Shown: positions 20,780 to 31,198 of the stretch, in pieces
Layout of the letters: every line of letters begins with the position of its first letter
Numbering within the stretch: position 1 is the stretch's first letter
DNA from: an uncultured Gemmatimonadaceae bacterium
GTDB taxonomy: Bacteria > Gemmatimonadota > Gemmatimonadetes > Gemmatimonadales > Gemmatimonadaceae
DNA length: 64,000 nucleotides
Direction: 5' to 3'
Assembly: GCA_963829055.1 (NCBI GenBank)
Contig: CAWHHI010000020.1
Span: forward strand, 384,001 to 448,000
Position numbers and translations under genes: made by a program
Notes under the pieces: model-generated
Told to the model about the DNA's origin: nothing
The model's database searches: none
The model's input: only the letters and a program-made list of their open reading frames with translations

Positions 20780-23700
20780 TCAGAACCGCCAGACGCGATC
20801 GAAGTCCAACCCCCACTGTCGGGGCGTGAGGGCGCTACCTCGAGCGGCTGCTTCGTTCGCGCACGTGGCCCCGTTCGTCGACGGCGCAGAGCTCACCGAT
20901 CCCAGCAGCCCACGGTGGAATCGATAGTCGAGCGAGACGCCCAACGTCTCGCCGAGGTTGGTCGACGTTGTTCCGCCGGTCAGCGCACAGAGCCCGGCAT
21001 CGACCTTCAGGAAGAGACGACTCGTCAGCTGCTTCCCGACTCCCAACCGGCTGGCATAGAAGGCGTTGGCCGCGCTCTGCGAGCTACCATCGTTCCGGTC
21101 CGTCGCGGCACCCGGTGTCACGTTCACGACGTCGAACATGCCACCAGCGAGCCGCTGGGCGACCGCGCTCGTCGCCGTTGCCACGAGCTCACTGGTAACC
21201 GCGCCCTGGTTGAACGCATTCCCCACTGCGTGACCCGACTGGCCAGTGATGAGATAACTCATGAGCTCGGCCTGACTCAGCTTCGAGTCCGCACTCGATA
21301 ACGTCAGGACCGGTCGCTCCAATGTGCCGCCCAGGTGCGCCCGAACGCGTGGTGCGCGTCCGCCAGAGCTCCGGGAGGATTCATCGGCCTCGCGTGCATA
21401 CACGGCATTGATGTCGAGGCGCGGATTCATCTCGGGTTCGCCGGTGAATTGAACCGAGCCCTGCTCGAGCTCGAACGTCCTCGTGAATGCACCGAGATTG
21501 AGCCGATAGGTACCGCGCTGGGTCACGAGGGCGCCACGAAGCGCTATCTGCCCACCCGCGACGCCCGGCTGAGACGCTGCCCTCTCGAGCCCAATGGATC
21601 CGCCCAGCTGCACGCTGGCTTCAGCGGAGCGCAGCCAGACGTTAGGCCCCATCGCCACGTTGACATCGGCGATCGCTACCCGCTGGAGGATGGATGAGGT
21701 GTCGCTGCGCTCCAGATGGGCGGGCGCCAGGCTGTCGACGAGTCGCACGAACGCCGTATCGTCGACCCCGACGACGCCTGCCCGGCCCATGTCCGGCAGT
21801 CGCAGGACTCCACGGTCCACGGTGATTTTTCCAGAGAGCGTCGGACGCGTCGCGGAGCCAGCAAGGCGTAGGTCGGTCGTCACGTCGAGGTCGGCCGTTT
21901 CAGCCAGGCGCATCAGCGCCATGGATGACGTGCGGAGACGCAGATCAACGGTGCTCGTGTCCGAGATTCCGAGTACGCCCTTCAGCTCGGCGCGTCCTCC
22001 AGCATCGCCGTCGCCACGAACCGTCGCCTGGGCAATCGTGATGCGGTCCGATGCCAGCTCGATTGCCGCGTTTGCGTCATGGACGCCGATGCCGAGCGCG
22101 TCGATTCGTGCAGCCCCACCACTCAACGACGCAGTCCCCACCGCTCGTGGTCGGCGTGCGGTTCCCGACAGCGTGATCTGGGTGCGGAGCACGCCCGCTG
22201 CTATGTGAATGCCCGGTATGAGCCTCGTGATATCGGGAAGGTAGAGGCTGTCGATCGCCACGGTCCCGGTGATCGGCTCATCGAGCAGCTCCGCCTTCGC
22301 GGGCGACAGCGATAGTCGCACCGGTCCGTCCGCTCGCGCTGCCAGAAGACTTCTGGCGCCTTGGCGCGCCTCGACGCTGACACGCACCTTGTTCTCGGCG
22401 TACGAGACATCGGCAACGACGCTGTCGACGTACATCGAGTCGAGCTGGGGCAGACGGGCGCGCAGTCGGCCCGTTCCCCGCGGTACGAGCGCGGTTCCCT
22501 CGAGGCGTGCCGTCGCATCGATCAGGACGCGGAGCGAATCGCGCGGGCCGCCAGGGCCGGGAATCAGCAGCGGGACGTCGGCGACGTCGAGCGCGACGGC
22601 AATCGATCCGGTATCGCGGTAGACGCCCGAGAGTCTCGCCAGCGCGCCGCGCCCCCCGCGGAGCTCCATCGTGTCGAGCGCGATGGTGCCGTCGCCCACG
22701 CGCCGGAACCGTGTGGGCCGAGTCAGATGCACATCCACGCCAGGATACCGAACCGCGAGCGAATCGAGATCGACCGCGACGGTATCGCCGCGGACGGAGA
22801 CCGCGCCTAACGCACCGCCGCCGAGTTGATCGGCGTCGGCGGTGGCCAGCGCCACCTCCCAGCGGTGTCCGTCGTCGCTCCGCGCGGTGGCGGACAGCGA
22901 GGCGAACGACAAGCCACCCGCGGTCACCGAATCGACGCGGAGCGTCGCCTGGCCGCGCGGGGTCGACCGAAGGCCGGTCATCGTCGCAGTCGCCCGTGCG
23001 CGGGCGACGTTCCCGGACGGCGATGTCATGCCCGTCACCTCGACCTCGCCGCTGGCGTCCAGCGAATCGACCGAACCGGTGAGGCGGGCCCGCGCCACCA
23101 ACGTCCCTGCGATCGAGTCGATTTGACTGCGTTTCTCCGACTGCGCCGTCTCGCGTGCGACCGTATCGCCGACGCCTAACGCGCGCAGGATCGGACCCAG
23201 CTCGGCGAGCGACAGCGAGGTGGTCAGGTTCAGCGTGTCGCCAACGTTGGCGTGGAGGCCGAGCGCGCCGTGTAGCTGCACCGTTCCAGCAGACGTGGCC
23301 ACGACGACACTGTCCGCCACGACGCGCGACTCCGTGAGCGTGAGCCGCACGTTGGATGGCTGGACCGTGATGCCAGCGATCGTGCCGTTCAGGTTCGTCA
23401 GCGCCGCGGTTCCACGAAGCGCGCTGAACGACTCGCCGGCGAGGTCGACGTCCACAGAGGCGTCGAGCGCTCCGTCCGGCACGCTCGGGCGACCGGTCGC
23501 CGCGCGAGCGTTCGCGCCGCGCACCTGTGCCGTCGCGCGAATCGCCGGGCCCGACTTGTCGTCATGGTACCGGCCGACGAGCGTCACTGATCCAGCGATA
23601 CTACGAGCCGTGCCATCCAGCGAGAGGTCGCGAGCTGTTCCGCGAACGCGAAACTGGCCATCGACGTTCGGGATGTTCGCGAGCTCGGGGTAGCTCTGCG

Positions 23701-25315
23701 CGACGGCTCCCGGTGCGAATGGTCGCGCGTTCACCTCGAAGTCGAACGTGGGCTCGTCGTCGTCGAGGTCGACGCGTCCACTCCCGAGAATGCGCAGTGG
23801 CATCGCGTCGCGTTCGGCGTATCGAATATCGGCGTCGACGATGCGCAGATGCTGCGGCGTGGAGTCCAGCGTCACGGATCCGACGAAGCGTCCGCTGAGC
23901 GGCGGCAGCGCCGGCACGATGCCGCGGATCGTGCGCGCGTCGATGGGATTCGCCGCCAGCACCAGCTTCGAGAATGCGACACCGGCCTCACCGCCTAACG
24001 TGATCGACCCGTGGCCGGTCACGCGATTCGCGCTGCCTGGCACGGTCTCATCGGCATACCGGGCGTCGAGACTGTCGATGTGGAGCGCGGGATCGGTCGC
24101 GCTCCCATGGGCAACGACGCGTCCGGTCAGTCCGCCGCGCAGCGCGGGTGGGATCGCGTCCCCGGCCAGGATGCGCAGCAGGTCCGTATGCAGCGGAGCC
24201 AGGTCGAGCGCCGCGTGTTGGATCGTCACTGCATTCGCTTCGCTCGATGCGCTCACCTCGACGCTCACGTCGCCACGCAGACCCGAGCGCGCGGCGTGCA
24301 GGTCGGCCCCGGAGACGCGGTACGTGGTCGGCTGGCTCCCCCCCGCCGACGTCACCGCGAGCTCGAGGCGTCCTCCCCCAACCGTCGGCAGGTCAGGCAG
24401 AAACGCCGCGAGGTCCGCGAGTGCGAGCGTATCGGCAGTGATCGTCGCGTCGATCATGGGCGTCCCGGCCGCGCCCCAGTCCACGTGCCCGCGCGCGTGC
24501 AGTGCAGTCAGACCGACGGCCACGGTTGGCAGGTCCACCGTGGCAGCCTCTCCGACCAGCGCGACGCGACCCGCGATGCGATGCACCGCGAGCGGCGGGT
24601 CGTCGACGGCGACGGAGAGGCTCGTCAGGTTCGCGATCGCCGTGGTATCGCCGATCTCGGTGCGAATGAGCGGCGCATCGATGGTGATCGCCGTGATCGC
24701 CCGGCGTCTGACGAGCGCGGTGCCGACGCGGCGAACGACCGGCAGATGGCTGGTGAGCGCGGCGGCGATCGCACGGTCGCGCGCCGCGCCACGCAACGAG
24801 TCGGGTGGTGCCCACGGCACCTCGAGGAACACCGCGCCCTGAGACACGTGCACCGAGCCATCGACAACCACGCGTGCCGGTCCGGTGCTTGGCGTTGGTG
24901 GTGACGTGTCTGGTCGAATGGCGCGCGACCAGTTCCACACACCCGACGGGGCTTGACGCACGACGACGTACGGCCGCGCCACGTCGAGTGACGTGACAAC
25001 GAGCCGCTGCTGAATCAGCGCGCCGAACCGGCACGTGGCGCGCGTGGGACCAAGCGCCACGAGCAGCGAGTCATCCGGGCCGCGAAGGGAAACCGAGTCG
25101 ATCGCCAGCGCGCATCCGGGGCCGAACCGCAGCGCGCCGAGGTGCAGCGACCCGAGCAGGTAGCGCTCGGCGATCTGCACGGCCACCTGCCTAACGCGCT
25201 CACGGCCGAACGCGGATTGCGTCACGAGCACGAACGCGACGAGCAGCACGCCGATGAGCGTCGTCAGGCCCACGCCGGCCCACCTGATGCCGCGGACCCA
25301 CCAGGGGCGCGCCAT
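20780..25315 (-). CDS. tamB: Translocation and assembly module TamB (DUF490) protein
   Basis: 1511 aa; N-terminal TM anchor; long beta-rich body; C-terminal FTGEPEMNPRLDINA...LGGTLERPVLTLSS; start coupled to the Omp85 gene stop (TGATG). Confidence 0.88.
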   Translation of the reverse strand: MARPWWVRGIRWAGVGLTTLIGVLLVAFVLVTQSAFGRERVRQVAVQIAERYLLGSLHLGALRFGPGCALAIDSVSLRGPDDSLLVALGPTRATCRFGALIQQRLVVTSLDVARPYVVVRQAPSGVWNWSRAIRPDTSPPTPSTGPARVVVDGSVHVSQGAVFLEVPWAPPDSLRGAARDRAIAAALTSHLPVVRRVGTALVRRRAITAITIDAPLIRTEIGDTTAIANLTSLSVAVDDPPLAVHRIAGRVALVGEAATVDLPTVAVGLTALHARGHVDWGAAGTPMIDATITADTLALADLAAFLPDLPTVGGGRLELAVTSAGGSQPTTYRVSGADLHAARSGLRGDVSVEVSASSEANAVTIQHAALDLAPLHTDLLRILAGDAIPPALRGGLTGRVVAHGSATDPALHIDSLDARYADETVPGSANRVTGHGSITLGGEAGVAFSKLVLAANPIDARTIRGIVPALPPLSGRFVGSVTLDSTPQHLRIVDADIRYAERDAMPLRILGSGRVDLDDDEPTFDFEVNARPFAPGAVAQSYPELANIPNVDGQFRVRGTARDLSLDGTARSIAGSVTLVGRYHDDKSGPAIRATAQVRGANARAATGRPSVPDGALDASVDVDLAGESFSALRGTAALTNLNGTIAGITVQPSNVRLTLTESRVVADSVVVATSAGTVQLHGALGLHANVGDTLNLTTSLSLAELGPILRALGVGDTVARETAQSEKRSQIDSIAGTLVARARLTGSVDSLDASGEVEVTGMTSPSGNVARARATATMTGLRSTPRGQATLRVDSVTAGGLSFASLSATARSDDGHRWEVALATADADQLGGGALGAVSVRGDTVAVDLDSLAVRYPGVDVHLTRPTRFRRVGDGTIALDTMELRGGRGALARLSGVYRDTGSIAVALDVADVPLLIPGPGGPRDSLRVLIDATARLEGTALVPRGTGRLRARLPQLDSMYVDSVVADVSYAENKVRVSVEARQGARSLLAARADGPVRLSLSPAKAELLDEPITGTVAIDSLYLPDITRLIPGIHIAAGVLRTQITLSGTARRPRAVGTASLSGGAARIDALGIGVHDANAAIELASDRITIAQATVRGDGDAGGRAELKGVLGISDTSTVDLRLRTSSMALMRLAETADLDVTTDLRLAGSATRPTLSGKITVDRGVLRLPDMGRAGVVGVDDTAFVRLVDSLAPAHLERSDTSSILQRVAIADVNVAMGPNVWLRSAEASVQLGGSIGLERAASQPGVAGGQIALRGALVTQRGTYRLNLGAFTRTFELEQGSVQFTGEPEMNPRLDINAVYAREADESSRSSGGRAPRVRAHLGGTLERPVLTLSSADSKLSQAELMSYLITGQSGHAVGNAFNQGAVTSELVATATSAVAQRLAGGMFDVVNVTPGAATDRNDGSSQSAANAFYASRLGVGKQLTSRLFLKVDAGLCALTGGTTSTNLGETLGVSLDYRFHRGLLGSVSSAPSTNGATCANEAAARGSALTPRQWGLDFDRVWRF

Positions 25316-27600
25316 CAGAACGCCTGCCCGATCGAGAAGTGGATCGTCAATCGATCGAAGAACCCACTCGGGCGACTCGGCTGGAACGTGGAGGGGCAGA
25401 ACCCTTCGGCCTGCGTCGGCAGAATGGGATTACCCTGCGCGTCCGTTTGCCCGAACCCGCTAACCGGGAGCGTGTTGCCGATACTCACGCAGTACAACGG
25501 CGCGTTGGCGTACCCGACGGGCGCGTCCCGATAGGCAGGCCCCAGCGGACTCCGGTACGAGTTTCCCGCGATGTCCAATCGGATCGGACCGATCGGCGTC
25601 GAGATGCGCACCCCTAGTCCCGGGGTGAGAAACAGTGTCGTGTTGGTGAGCTGTGGCTCACCGATGACCCACACGTTGCCTGCATCGACGAATAGCACGA
25701 ACTGCAGGAGCGACGTGAGGATGGGGGGCCGAATCCGGAGCTCGAGATTTGCGACCGCCGATGCCGAGCCGCCGGTTGGGACGGCGCGCCACTCGGTGCT
25801 GTCGGGCGGCAGCGCCCAGAGGAGCGTGTCGGTACCCTGCACCACCGCGCGAATGCTGTCCGCGAGGTAGACACGCGGCCCGACCTCGTTCTGGTGGAAC
25901 CCGCGCACCGTCGACGCGCCGCCGGCGAAGAGTCGCTCGGCCTGCGGAATGAAGTCGCCCCCCGGAAGTCCGGCGACGACCGACGCCTGCGCGCGCGCTG
26001 CCAACACCATGGTTGGCGTGAGCGGAAAATAGGCCGCGGCGTTGACTCGCCCGCCGATGATCTGCTGACGCACCGCCGTGCCCAGCCACTGCGGGGCAAT
26101 CCGCATCTCCGTCTGGAACGATCGCCCGCGGGTCGGATCCGTCGGCGTGTCGGTGTTGTCGTACGTCACGACGACGCTGGCCAGCCCGAACGGCAATGCC
26201 TCCGTGAACTGCTCCCGGTCGGACGCGAGGCACGCCGAGAAGGTCGCGCACAACACGGCCGGCTGTGCCTCGGTGCGTCCGTAGCTCAGGTCGTACACGA
26301 GTGCGCCGCGCCAACGACGACCGATCGCGCGCGACGCCGATGCCGAGCCGCCAATGCTCGTCGTTTTCAGGTACGCGAGATACTCGGACCGCCGCTCGGT
26401 GTACAGCGACACGGAACGCGTCCAGGCGCCTAACGATGCCAGCGCATACGTGCCGCCGACGTAGTAGTTCAATTTGGCACTGTACGGATCGGCCTGGGCC
26501 TCGCTCGAGCAGGCGCTGGGCGCAAAATCGAGCGGGTCGCCGACGGCGACCTTGGACAGACGCGTCGTGAGCTCGAGGCGCCCTGGTTGGTTGAATACGC
26601 CCGTCCGACGGGCCTGCAACTGGAGGCGAAAGCAATCGAGCGTTGCGTAGCCGGCGCGCAAACGCACCTCGTGTGGCGGCCCTTCAACGACAGCCACGTT
26701 GACATTGGCCGTCCCGTCGCCTCCATCACCGCTCGCCGGACTGCGAATGCTGTCCAGCGTGATCCGAACCTCCTCGAAGAGCCCGACGGCGTCGAGCCCG
26801 CGTCTGGCCTCGCTCAGTTCCTGGGTGCCGAGGACGGACCCGGTCTTGAGTCGCGTGAGGCGCTCGACCTGAGACTCGGGAATGCGCGGCGCGCCGCTGT
26901 CCGCGCCGCGCGCCTCGATCCGCAGCTCGCCCAGGCGGACGCGCGTACCCCGGTCGACATCGATCCATGCCACGCCGTGCTGCGCTCCGGAATCCACACG
27001 CTCGCCGCGTCGCGCGGTCGCGGCGAGATAGCCGGCTCGGCGCAGCCCTACTACCATGGAGGCGCTCGACGCGTCGAGCGAGAAGCGATCGAGTGGCTCG
27101 CCGGGGCGCAGCTTGATGGCGCGTGCGAGCGAGGCGCGCATTGCCGAGTCCTCCACGCCGCGGACTTCGATCGAGTCGACGATGGTCGGCGCATTCTCTC
27201 GAATGGCGAATCGCACTTTCACCGCGCCAAAGCCAGCCGTGTCGACGGCGGCGTCGACGACGACACGCGGATAGCCCTTGCGACGATAGAGCAGCATCAG
27301 CCGCGCGGCGTCACGAAGCAGGGCCCCCTGGACCAGGCATCGACGCGCTCCGAACAGGCGAGTGACGCGTCGCACGCTCGATGACGGTGCCGTCTCGATG
27401 ATGTCCTCGAGCGTCAGGGACGGAATCGCCTTGTTCCCGCTGAACGAGATGGCCTTCACCTCGGGCGCGGACCCGCTGCACGTCGCCTGCGCGAGCGCGC
27501 GAACGGGAACGACGGCACCGAGGCTGAGGACGAGTAACGTCGCGAGTGCCACGCCGCGACGTCGCGCCGGTGGCCTCGCTGCGCCATGGATGGGGATCAC
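25315..27600 (-). CDS. tamA: TamA/BamA-family Omp85 outer-membrane protein
   Basis: Signal peptide; POTRA-like repeats; FAGGASTVRGF; TPIGPIRLD; C-terminal FSIGQAF. Confidence 0.88.
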   Translation of the reverse strand: MIPIHGAARPPARRRGVALATLLVLSLGAVVPVRALAQATCSGSAPEVKAISFSGNKAIPSLTLEDIIETAPSSSVRRVTRLFGARRCLVQGALLRDAARLMLLYRRKGYPRVVVDAAVDTAGFGAVKVRFAIRENAPTIVDSIEVRGVEDSAMRASLARAIKLRPGEPLDRFSLDASSASMVVGLRRAGYLAATARRGERVDSGAQHGVAWIDVDRGTRVRLGELRIEARGADSGAPRIPESQVERLTRLKTGSVLGTQELSEARRGLDAVGLFEEVRITLDSIRSPASGDGGDGTANVNVAVVEGPPHEVRLRAGYATLDCFRLQLQARRTGVFNQPGRLELTTRLSKVAVGDPLDFAPSACSSEAQADPYSAKLNYYVGGTYALASLGAWTRSVSLYTERRSEYLAYLKTTSIGGSASASRAIGRRWRGALVYDLSYGRTEAQPAVLCATFSACLASDREQFTEALPFGLASVVVTYDNTDTPTDPTRGRSFQTEMRIAPQWLGTAVRQQIIGGRVNAAAYFPLTPTMVLAARAQASVVAGLPGGDFIPQAERLFAGGASTVRGFHQNEVGPRVYLADSIRAVVQGTDTLLWALPPDSTEWRAVPTGGSASAVANLELRIRPPILTSLLQFVLFVDAGNVWVIGEPQLTNTTLFLTPGLGVRISTPIGPIRLDIAGNSYRSPLGPAYRDAPVGYANAPLYCVSIGNTLPVSGFGQTDAQGNPILPTQAEGFCPSTFQPSRPSGFFDRLTIHFSIGQAF

Positions 27601-27635
27601 GGGTCTCGCGGTCGGATCGACCTGGGGTCGCTTCT

Positions 27636-27680
27636 AGGTTGCGCGCGAGTTTCGGGAGCGCCCATTGGTCCAAGGTATAC
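27636..27680 (-). promoter_or_regulatory. Activator box plus promoter for tamAB
   Basis: Minus strand GTATAC-CTTG-GACCAA, TGGGCG, 17 bp, CAACCT. Confidence 0.6.
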
Positions 27681-27881
27681 TGGGCGCGCTATCCGGCGCG
27701 GGCGCATGGTGGAGACAGACGCGGCCGTCCCGGCAGCGAACGAGGAGTCCTATGAGCACTGCGATGTCTGGCGCGCCTTCACCCAGCCCTGCGTCACCGG
27801 CGCGCGCCGAAGCGGCGCGCGCCCGTGACGCGCCGAGGTAGTGGAATTCGCCGTCAACTTTCTGCTGTGAGGTCGACAGCC

Positions 27882-29516
27882 ATGTATGAGTTGGCGTGGC
27901 GTGACAGAGCGATCGTGGTCCTGCTCGCGATGGTCGCGTCGGCCGGCTTCCTCGGCGCGCAGTCCAGCCAGGAACCAAAGCCGGCACCACCGGTGCCGTC
28001 GCCTAACGGGACCGTGTCGTCTATCCAGATCGAGCGCGAGAACGTGTTCGACAAGGCCGAGCGTGAGCGATGGCTCGCGCGCGTGATGAACGGGCTGCAC
28101 ATCGTGACGCGCGAGCCGGTGGTGGCTCGTGAGATGCTGTTTCGCCAGGGCCAGCCGTTCGATTCTACAGAGTTCGCGGAGACGGCGAGAAATCTTCGAA
28201 AGCTCGATGTCTTTCGTGCCGTTTCGGTCGACAGTGCCACGACGGATTCCGGGCTCGTCGCGCTCGTCACCACGCGTGATGCCTGGACGACCCAGCCCTA
28301 CGCGACCTTCAAGTCCGCCGGCGACCAGATCACGTGGGGCATCGGGATGCGGGAGAAGAACCTGCTCGGGTTGGGGATCAAAGCCGGCGTCCGCTATACG
28401 AGCGATCCGGACCGGTCTACCACGTCGTTCACGGCCAACCTCCCTCGCATCTTGCAGGACCGGGTCGATTTTTCAGGGTCGTACGACCTGCTCTCCGACG
28501 GAGAGCGGGGGCGCTTCACCGTGGCGGCGCCGTACACGGCGCTCACGACTCCACGGTCGGCGTCCTTCGAGTGGCTGTACGACGACATCGATATCCTCCG
28601 GTTCTACAACGGTGAGGAAGAGGCGAGCGATACGGTGCGCCGCCTGATGTCCAGTGTGACGCTGCGCGGCGGGCGGGCCAAGAAGGCGTCGCGCGTCGGC
28701 TATCTCAGAACCGGCGTGGCGCTCCGGGCCCGTCGCGACGACTTCCGCGACCTGACCGAGCCGGAGATCGCCAAGGCGGATCGCTCGGTCTTCGGTGATC
28801 TCGAGATGAGCCTCGAGTCGAGCAGCTCGAAGTACCTGGTAATACGCGGGTATCGGAATCTCGTCATGAACGAGGACGTCGATCTCAGTCGCACCATCCG
28901 CGTGAGCCTCTGGGTCGCGCCGTCAGCGCTGGGCTACGAACGAACGGGATTCGGTCCGGCGATGACCATGCACACGGGCAGGCAGTTTTCGAAGGGGTTC
29001 ACGTATTCGGATCTGCGCGCGTCGTCGCTGTTCACCAGCAGCGGTCTCGATTCGGGAAGTGTCGCGGGTCTGGCCGTCCTCTTACTGCACCCAGCACCGC
29101 GGCATGCGGTGGTGTTCAACGTCAACGCCGGGATGCAGAAGAACGCGCATCCCGGGGCGGAATTCGACCTCGGCCTAACGTTTGGGCCGCGCGGCTTTCC
29201 GGCCCACTCGTTCACGGGCGACCGCGCGTTCTTCACGACGGCGGAATATCGGTGGCTCGCCATCCCGGATATCATGGGGCTGGTCGCCGTGGGGCTGGCC
29301 GGGTTCGCCGACTACGGCGGCGCGTGGTACTCCGGATCGCCGAGCCGCACCGGCACGGATGTGGGCATCGGGCTCCGATTCGGGTCCATCCGGGGATCGG
29401 CAACCAAGGGCGCGACCCGCATCGATCTCGCGCACCGGTTCGCGAATGACGCGTTAGGCGCGAAGTGGGTCATCGCCATCGGCTCCGGCTTTGCGTTCGA
29501 CCGACCGCCGCCGTAA
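27882..29516 (+). CDS. Omp85-like outer-membrane protein with one POTRA domain
   Basis: Signal peptide; LHIVTREPVVAREMLF...ETARNLRKL; EKNLLGLG; GPRGFP; DVGIGLR; RIDLA. Confidence 0.8.
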   Translation: MYELAWRDRAIVVLLAMVASAGFLGAQSSQEPKPAPPVPSPNGTVSSIQIERENVFDKAERERWLARVMNGLHIVTREPVVAREMLFRQGQPFDSTEFAETARNLRKLDVFRAVSVDSATTDSGLVALVTTRDAWTTQPYATFKSAGDQITWGIGMREKNLLGLGIKAGVRYTSDPDRSTTSFTANLPRILQDRVDFSGSYDLLSDGERGRFTVAAPYTALTTPRSASFEWLYDDIDILRFYNGEEEASDTVRRLMSSVTLRGGRAKKASRVGYLRTGVALRARRDDFRDLTEPEIAKADRSVFGDLEMSLESSSSKYLVIRGYRNLVMNEDVDLSRTIRVSLWVAPSALGYERTGFGPAMTMHTGRQFSKGFTYSDLRASSLFTSSGLDSGSVAGLAVLLLHPAPRHAVVFNVNAGMQKNAHPGAEFDLGLTFGPRGFPAHSFTGDRAFFTTAEYRWLAIPDIMGLVAVGLAGFADYGGAWYSGSPSRTGTDVGIGLRFGSIRGSATKGATRIDLAHRFANDALGAKWVIAIGSGFAFDRPPP

Positions 29517-29587
29517 CACACGGAGCGCACTGCGTAGCGCCGCTTTCCATCGCGCAACGACGCGCACTCGCGGCGCGGACGGCGGTT

Positions 29588-29632
29588 ACCTACGAAGGTC
29601 CAATGGTCTCCCCTTCCCCGGTGCGCGATGGT
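29588..29632 (+). promoter_or_regulatory. Activator box plus promoter
   Basis: ACCTAC-GAAG-GTCCAA, TGGTCT, 17 bp, GATGGT. Confidence 0.6.
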
Positions 29633-29710
29633 GGAGATGAGAGCAGGACCCATCTGATAACGAGTCGCGTCGACGTGCAGCAAGGCGTCCAATCCGGGGC
29701 AGGAGGAACG

Positions 29711-30412
29711 ATGAGAATGAAGCAGATTTCGGTAGCCGTACTTGGCGCAGCCGCCGTACTGACGTGCGTCACGGCGGCCGCCGTCGCTCAGGGTTCGGGG
29801 TCGTCGAACGTCGAGCTGGTCGCGCAGTATGCGACCGACAAGCTCAAGTCCGAGCTCACGCTGACGGAGGACCAGATTCCGAAGGTGCACAAGGTCAACC
29901 TTGCTGCCTCGAAGGATCTCCAGACGCTTCTCCTGAAATACGACGCCGATACGAGCGCCGCCTCGGACGCCGAGTTGGCGCGCGGTCTCGTCACCGCGAG
30001 GCGCGCCCAACAAACCGAGCTGAAGAAGGTCCTCACGCCATCGCAGTGGACGTTGCATCAGCAACACAAGGCGGAGAACCTGGCGCTCTCGCAAACCGAG
30101 ATCATGGCGCAGGACCTCAACCTGACGCGGAGCCAGATCCTGGACGTCAGCAGGATCAACCAGGACGGCGCGAACAAGTTGGTGAAAGCGCTCGACAAAC
30201 CGCTGAGCGCCACGAAGCCCGTTCCGGCCGCGATACGCGAGGCCGCCATGCCGGTCATCGAGGCGCGAGATCGCCAGCTCGAGAAGGTGCTGACCGTCGA
30301 TCAGTTCAAGAAGATGCAGGCGAACCGGCGCGCCCTGATGGAGTTGTTCCTGAGCGAGGCAAGTACCAACGCAACGACGTCGGCAGCCGCCGCTTCGAAG
30401 CCGAAATCCTGA
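29711..30412 (+). CDS. Exported helical protein with two Spy/CpxP-like (LTxxQ) repeats
   Basis: AGGAGG RBS; signal peptide; LTLTEDQ...VLTPSQW and LNLTRSQ...VLTVDQF. Confidence 0.75.
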   Translation: MRMKQISVAVLGAAAVLTCVTAAAVAQGSGSSNVELVAQYATDKLKSELTLTEDQIPKVHKVNLAASKDLQTLLLKYDADTSAASDAELARGLVTARRAQQTELKKVLTPSQWTLHQQHKAENLALSQTEIMAQDLNLTRSQILDVSRINQDGANKLVKALDKPLSATKPVPAAIREAAMPVIEARDRQLEKVLTVDQFKKMQANRRALMELFLSEASTNATTSAAAASKPKS

Positions 30413-30476
30413 AAACGCGACCCACACCGTGGTCGCGTCTCACTCCCATTCATCCAATCCCTTTCGGAGGTTCGTG

Positions 30477-31041
30477 ATGCCCTGGCTCATTCGACGCGCG
30501 CACCGCGCATCAACCACTCGGCGTGGTGCCGGAGCTGTCCCTCTCGTGGCGGCGGCACTGGTGCTCGCAGGCTGTGCGAGCTCCGTCCATGTGGCCACCG
30601 ACTACGATCGCGGCAGCGAACTTCACGTCGTACAAGACGTACTCGTGGCGGGACGGAACGAAGCTGCCCAATCCACTCATGTCCGAGCGCCTGGTTAGTG
30701 CCGTGGACGCGCAGCTCGCGTCGAAGGGCCTCTCGAAAGTCGAGACCGGTGGCGACCTCACGGTGACGTACCACGCCTCGGCCGAGAAGTCGGTCGACGT
30801 GCAGACGTTCCAGACGGGCGGGACGTACGGGTGTTGGGGTGGGTGCGGATCGACGTCCACGAGTGTCACCCCGGTGACCCACGGCACGATCATCGTCGAT
30901 CTCGTCGATGGGAAGAGCAACAAGATGCTCTGGCGCGGCACCGCGTCCGACGCGGTGTCGGATAACCCGAAGGAGAACGAGGGGAAGATCAACGAAGGTG
31001 TCGCGAGGATGTTCAAGGACTACCCGCCGAAGAAGGCCTGA
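30477..31041 (+). CDS. DUF4136-family lipoprotein; frameshift near 30615
   Basis: Lipobox LAGC, VATDYD; FTSYKTYSW; GTIIVDLVDGKSNKMLWRG; MFKDYPP. Confidence 0.85.
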
Positions 31042-31198
31042 TCACCTCGCCTAGCGGGTGATTAGCGAAGCCCGGCCGGTCGAAGCACGATCCACCGCGG
31101 CAGTAACGACTCCGGGTCGGAGTCCACGCTGCTCGCGGTGGATCGCGTTCATGGCGCTGCTGGCGACGATCCAGGAAATCGGACGGTAGCGACCCTTC

